NCBI GenBank assembly: GCA_963662585.1
Contig: OY759729.1
Coordinates: forward strand, 1,696,001-1,760,000
Direction of reading: 5' to 3'
Origin: Candidatus Cloacimonadales bacterium
GTDB lineage: Bacteria > Cloacimonadota > Cloacimonadia > Cloacimonadales > JAFGVF01
DNA: 64,000 nucleotides
Shown here: positions 60,711 to 64,000 of the stretch, piece after piece
How positions within the stretch are numbered: position 1 is the stretch's first letter
Layout of the letters: each line of letters begins with the position of its first letter
Notes under the pieces: model-generated
The model's input: the letters and a program-made list of their open reading frames with translations, nothing else
Database searches by the model: none
Told to the model about the DNA's origin: nothing
Translations under genes and position numbers: made by a program

Positions 60711-62000
60711 ATGAAAATACCTACTCATATTACTCTTGCTCCTAGTATTTTAAAAGATTATATCTTTTTTAAAAAAAGTGAAAAATGGAGTAAAGACCAA
60801 GTTATAAGTTACCAAAATAAAAAACTCATTGAAATAGTGAAATACTCAGGTAAATATGTTCCATACTACAGAAAACTATTTCACGATATTAATCTTGATT
60901 TAAATAAATTCAAAGGGATTGAAGATATAGATAAAATTCCTTACCTGGATAAAGAAACTTTGAGGCTAAAACCTAATGAATTTGTTTCAGATGTTTATCC
61001 AAAGAGTAAGATCCAAATCGAAAAAACAAGTGGCTCTACAGGAACACCGCTACAATTACATATTGATAATGTTAGTAGATCTCATAAATATGCAGCCTTT
61101 GCAAGGGCTTATTTTTGGTCTGGATATAAGCCTGGTGCATTAAGATTTGTCTTAAAAGGATTATCAGAATCAAAAAATGAAGCTTATGGGTATGACCTGC
61201 TTCGTAATATGATTTTTTTAAACTCAAGTAAAATGACTAAAGAAAATTGTTTAGGTGTTTTGAAACTTCTTAAAGGAAAGAAGGTAAATATTTTTGAAGG
61301 TTATGCGCGTTCTTTTATAGATTTTTTTCAGATAATTAAGGATAATGATTTAAATATTTCTAAACCTAAAGGCATTTTTTGTTATGGTGAAACAGTAACA
61401 CAGGATATGAGAAATTTTATTGAGGTTAAATATAAAACAAAGTTATTTGATTTTTATAGTCATGCTGAAAATAGTGTTATGATATGTCAAATGCCTGATA
61501 ATAAAAAATACTTAATGGAAGATTATTTTTATCCAGAAATTATTGATGAGCAGGGAAAAGCAACAACTTCAGGTTATGGAGAATTAATTGGCACTAGTTT
61601 TTATAACTATGCTATGCCCCTTATTAGGTATAAAACAAGAGATAACATAAAATTAAATTTATGTAATAAGTCATCAAAGTTTAAAGAAGTTGTTGATATT
61701 GAAGGTAGAATGGATGATTATATTCTGCTACCTGATAATCGGAAAATTTATTTTGCTGAAGGTGCTATATATTACTCAGAAGGTGTTGTAGCTGCACAAT
61801 ATATCCAAAATGATAGAACAAAACTAATAATAAATTTGGTAGTTGATAAGCATTTTGAAAAAAAAAGTATTAATTTAATAAGAGAAGGATTATATAAAAG
61901 AATTGGTAAAAGCCTGAATTTTGATTTTCATATTGTAAAAAAGCTAGAGAAGAAAAAATCTGGAAAAACACCATTTATTATTAATAATATGGAAAAGTAA
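60711..62000 (+). CDS. Phenylacetate-CoA ligase family / CapK-like adenylate-forming enzyme
   Basis: VPYYR, TSGSTGTP, YGE, AMPLIRYKTRD, EGRMDD, SGK. Confidence 0.88.
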   Translation: MKIPTHITLAPSILKDYIFFKKSEKWSKDQVISYQNKKLIEIVKYSGKYVPYYRKLFHDINLDLNKFKGIEDIDKIPYLDKETLRLKPNEFVSDVYPKSKIQIEKTSGSTGTPLQLHIDNVSRSHKYAAFARAYFWSGYKPGALRFVLKGLSESKNEAYGYDLLRNMIFLNSSKMTKENCLGVLKLLKGKKVNIFEGYARSFIDFFQIIKDNDLNISKPKGIFCYGETVTQDMRNFIEVKYKTKLFDFYSHAENSVMICQMPDNKKYLMEDYFYPEIIDEQGKATTSGYGELIGTSFYNYAMPLIRYKTRDNIKLNLCNKSSKFKEVVDIEGRMDDYILLPDNRKIYFAEGAIYYSEGVVAAQYIQNDRTKLIINLVVDKHFEKKSINLIREGLYKRIGKSLNFDFHIVKKLEKKKSGKTPFIINNMEK

Positions 62001-62001
62001 A

Positions 62002-62976
62002 ATGAAAAAAAAAATCATAATAATCTTTTGTGTTTTAATTTTATTAGTATCACTTTCTGCAATCTTTATTAAAACTTATATAAAAGTCCATATTTCATCT
62101 ATACCAAGATGGTCTATAGGTCTGGTAAAATATGATAGCACATTCACATTAAAAGAGGAAAATATTCAAAAGGTATTTTCAGGTAGCAATGTACCTTTGA
62201 ATAATTCGTATTTTGTAGCAGACCCATCAATTATAAAAAATAAAGATAAATATTACTTATTCTTTGAGAATGGTATTATAACTGAAGATTCTTGGAAAGG
62301 GGTTATTGATTTAGCTATTAGTAATGATTTGACCAATTGGGAATATGGGGGAACGGTTTTAAATGAAATCAATACAGTAGCTTTTCCTATTGTTTATGAA
62401 TTTAATAATGAATATTATATGACGATAGATAGTTCAGGTTTAGGTAATCTCATAATTTATAAAGCTATAGAATTCCCTAATAATTGGGAATGTGTAGATA
62501 CTTTGTTGACTGGTGAGTGGAGCGATCCTTATATTTTGTACCATGAGGATGTATATTGGTTATTTGCTTCCAAGCGATTTTCTTATGAGCCTCATTTATT
62601 TTATTCCGATAACTTTCTGGGACCATACACAGAACATCAACAAAATCCCTTGATTGATAATAGTGTTAAGTATGGAAGAAATGCAGGTAAAATATTTTAC
62701 TATAATAATAAACTATTTAGACCAGTGCAGGATTGTTCCGAAATGTATGGAGAAATGGTAAGACTGATGGAAATTACTGAATTATCAAAAGATACTTATA
62801 AGGAAAAAGAGATTAATAATTCACCAGTTCTTTTTGCTGGTCAGGCAAAATGGAACTCAAAGAAAATGCATACATTGAATCATATTGAAACAATAAGTAA
62901 TGAGCTTTTCTTTATTGTCGATGGTACTTATGTTAATTATGATAAAAAAATATCAATATTTAGGAGAAAAAGATGA
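62002..62976 (+). CDS. Five-bladed beta-propeller glycoside-hydrolase-like protein (glucosamine inositolphosphorylceramide transferase N-terminal-like)
   Basis: N-terminal TM; WSIG, FVADP, YLFFE, AFP, FPNNW, RNAG, RPVQDC...YG. Confidence 0.7.
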   Translation: MKKKIIIIFCVLILLVSLSAIFIKTYIKVHISSIPRWSIGLVKYDSTFTLKEENIQKVFSGSNVPLNNSYFVADPSIIKNKDKYYLFFENGIITEDSWKGVIDLAISNDLTNWEYGGTVLNEINTVAFPIVYEFNNEYYMTIDSSGLGNLIIYKAIEFPNNWECVDTLLTGEWSDPYILYHEDVYWLFASKRFSYEPHLFYSDNFLGPYTEHQQNPLIDNSVKYGRNAGKIFYYNNKLFRPVQDCSEMYGEMVRLMEITELSKDTYKEKEINNSPVLFAGQAKWNSKKMHTLNHIETISNELFFIVDGTYVNYDKKISIFRRKR

Positions 62977-64000
62977 TAAAGAATTTTGGGTTTATTAAAA
63001 TGAATGTTGAAGAAAACGAAAAAAGAGACTTTACTCCCAATTTTTTTGAATCAATATATGAATCTCATATAAATTATTTATTAGAGGAAAGTTATGGGGA
63101 AAAATTAGGCTACACCCCACAAGAATATATTAAAAAAAATAACAAGGTTACCTTTCTTTCCAGAGAGGAAATACTTAAGCAAAGTGATTTAATAACAGTT
63201 ATTAGAACACCTGATAACATAGAATTGGAAAAAATGAAGAATGGTTCTGCAATATTCTCAATGTTGCATTATGTAACTCATGCTAAGAGAATAGAATTAT
63301 TACTATCAAAGAAAATAAAAATGTATGCAATGGACTCAATTGTTGATGATTTTGGAATTAGGATGATTCAAGATATTAAAGGTACTTCTATTAATGCTGT
63401 AAACGCTACAATAAAGTATATTCAACAAAAAAACAAAAAAGAAGTACTAAAAGTTGTAATTATGGGAAGTGGTGAAGTAGGGAAGCAAGCAGCTGATGCT
63501 TTTGCAAGTCTACAAAGCCTACCCGTCATTGCCAGTGTTGTTGGTCCATCCGTTACAAGAAGACTAGATCTATTACATAACATTTTGGTTGATTGTGATA
63601 TTTTGGTTGATGCTACCTATAGAAAAGATACTTCCCAACATATTATAAAAAATGAATTGATTGGAATCTTACCCAAAGATGCAGTGATTTTAGATATTAG
63701 TGCTGATGATTATGATACAAGTATTTATCCAATTCAAGTTAAAGCTATAGAAGGTATACCAACTGGGAACTTAGATAAATATATTTTCGAAGATGATGAT
63801 AATATCTACAATAACCTACCTAAGTCAGTTTCAACTAAAAATAGAAGATCCACTATTTCATGCTATTCATGGCCAGCTGTTGATCCAATCAGATGTTTAA
63901 ATATCTATGAAAAACAATTAACACCTTTTATTAAAATTTTAAATAATTATGATGAAGTTAATGCTGATTCAAATGATTTTTATATAAGAGCTTTAGCAAG
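62973..64000 (+). CDS. Alanine dehydrogenase/PNT-superfamily oxidoreductase (N5-(carboxyethyl)ornithine synthase-like), 3'-truncated by the window edge
   Basis: Absent from the ORF track because it runs off the end; ATG overlaps upstream TGA (ATGA); my translation MIKNFGFIK...ENEKRDF...LEESYGEKLG...SMLH...VIMGSGEVGKQA...ILDISAD. Confidence 0.7.
   Translation, partial: MIKNFGFIKMNVEENEKRDFTPNFFESIYESHINYLLEESYGEKLGYTPQEYIKKNNKVTFLSREEILKQSDLITVIRTPDNIELEKMKNGSAIFSMLHYVTHAKRIELLLSKKIKMYAMDSIVDDFGIRMIQDIKGTSINAVNATIKYIQQKNKKEVLKVVIMGSGEVGKQAADAFASLQSLPVIASVVGPSVTRRLDLLHNILVDCDILVDATYRKDTSQHIIKNELIGILPKDAVILDISADDYDTSIYPIQVKAIEGIPTGNLDKYIFEDDDNIYNNLPKSVSTKNRRSTISCYSWPAVDPIRCLNIYEKQLTPFIKILNNYDEVNADSNDFYIRALA

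Overview
AT-rich bacterial chromosomal segment. The gene content (gingipain C25, clostripain C11 and M14 peptidases with NYPNPFNP-type C-terminal sorting domains, a PorZ-like protein, ordinary Shine-Dalgarno sites) suggests an FCB-group anaerobe such as Cloacimonadota; this is inference, not a database result. The left part (1-31.6 kb) is mostly housekeeping: transporters, htrA-like, fmt, def, yajC, comM, a sensor kinase, an AlwI-family type IIS R-M cassette, rnhC, Hsp20 and secreted proteases. The right part holds surface-polysaccharide genes interleaved with very repeat-rich intergenic DNA. Main non-gene signals: (1) a probable oriC at about 46.7-47.1 kb, with overlapping tandem DnaA boxes followed by CTA DnaA-trios, plus a second DnaA-box cluster at 31.7-31.9 kb and a parS site on the htrA start codon; no dnaA gene is in the window. 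(2) A 114-bp non-coding second copy of the gingipain gene 3' end and terminator, a candidate sRNA. (3) Three small nuclease-family genes each embedded in its own repeat family: a Y1 HUH TnpA in a 3.5-kb REP array, a DUF559 endonuclease between symmetric inverted palindromic repeats, and a GxxExxY protein among CTCTGTG-periodic repeats that delimit gene cassettes. Copies of these repeats also form a 2-kb mosaic next to oriC and have entered coding sequence (in-frame in pgpA; C-terminus of an SGNH protein). No rRNA, tRNA or CRISPR array was found. Protein family calls come from motif recognition by eye; repeat counts are manual.
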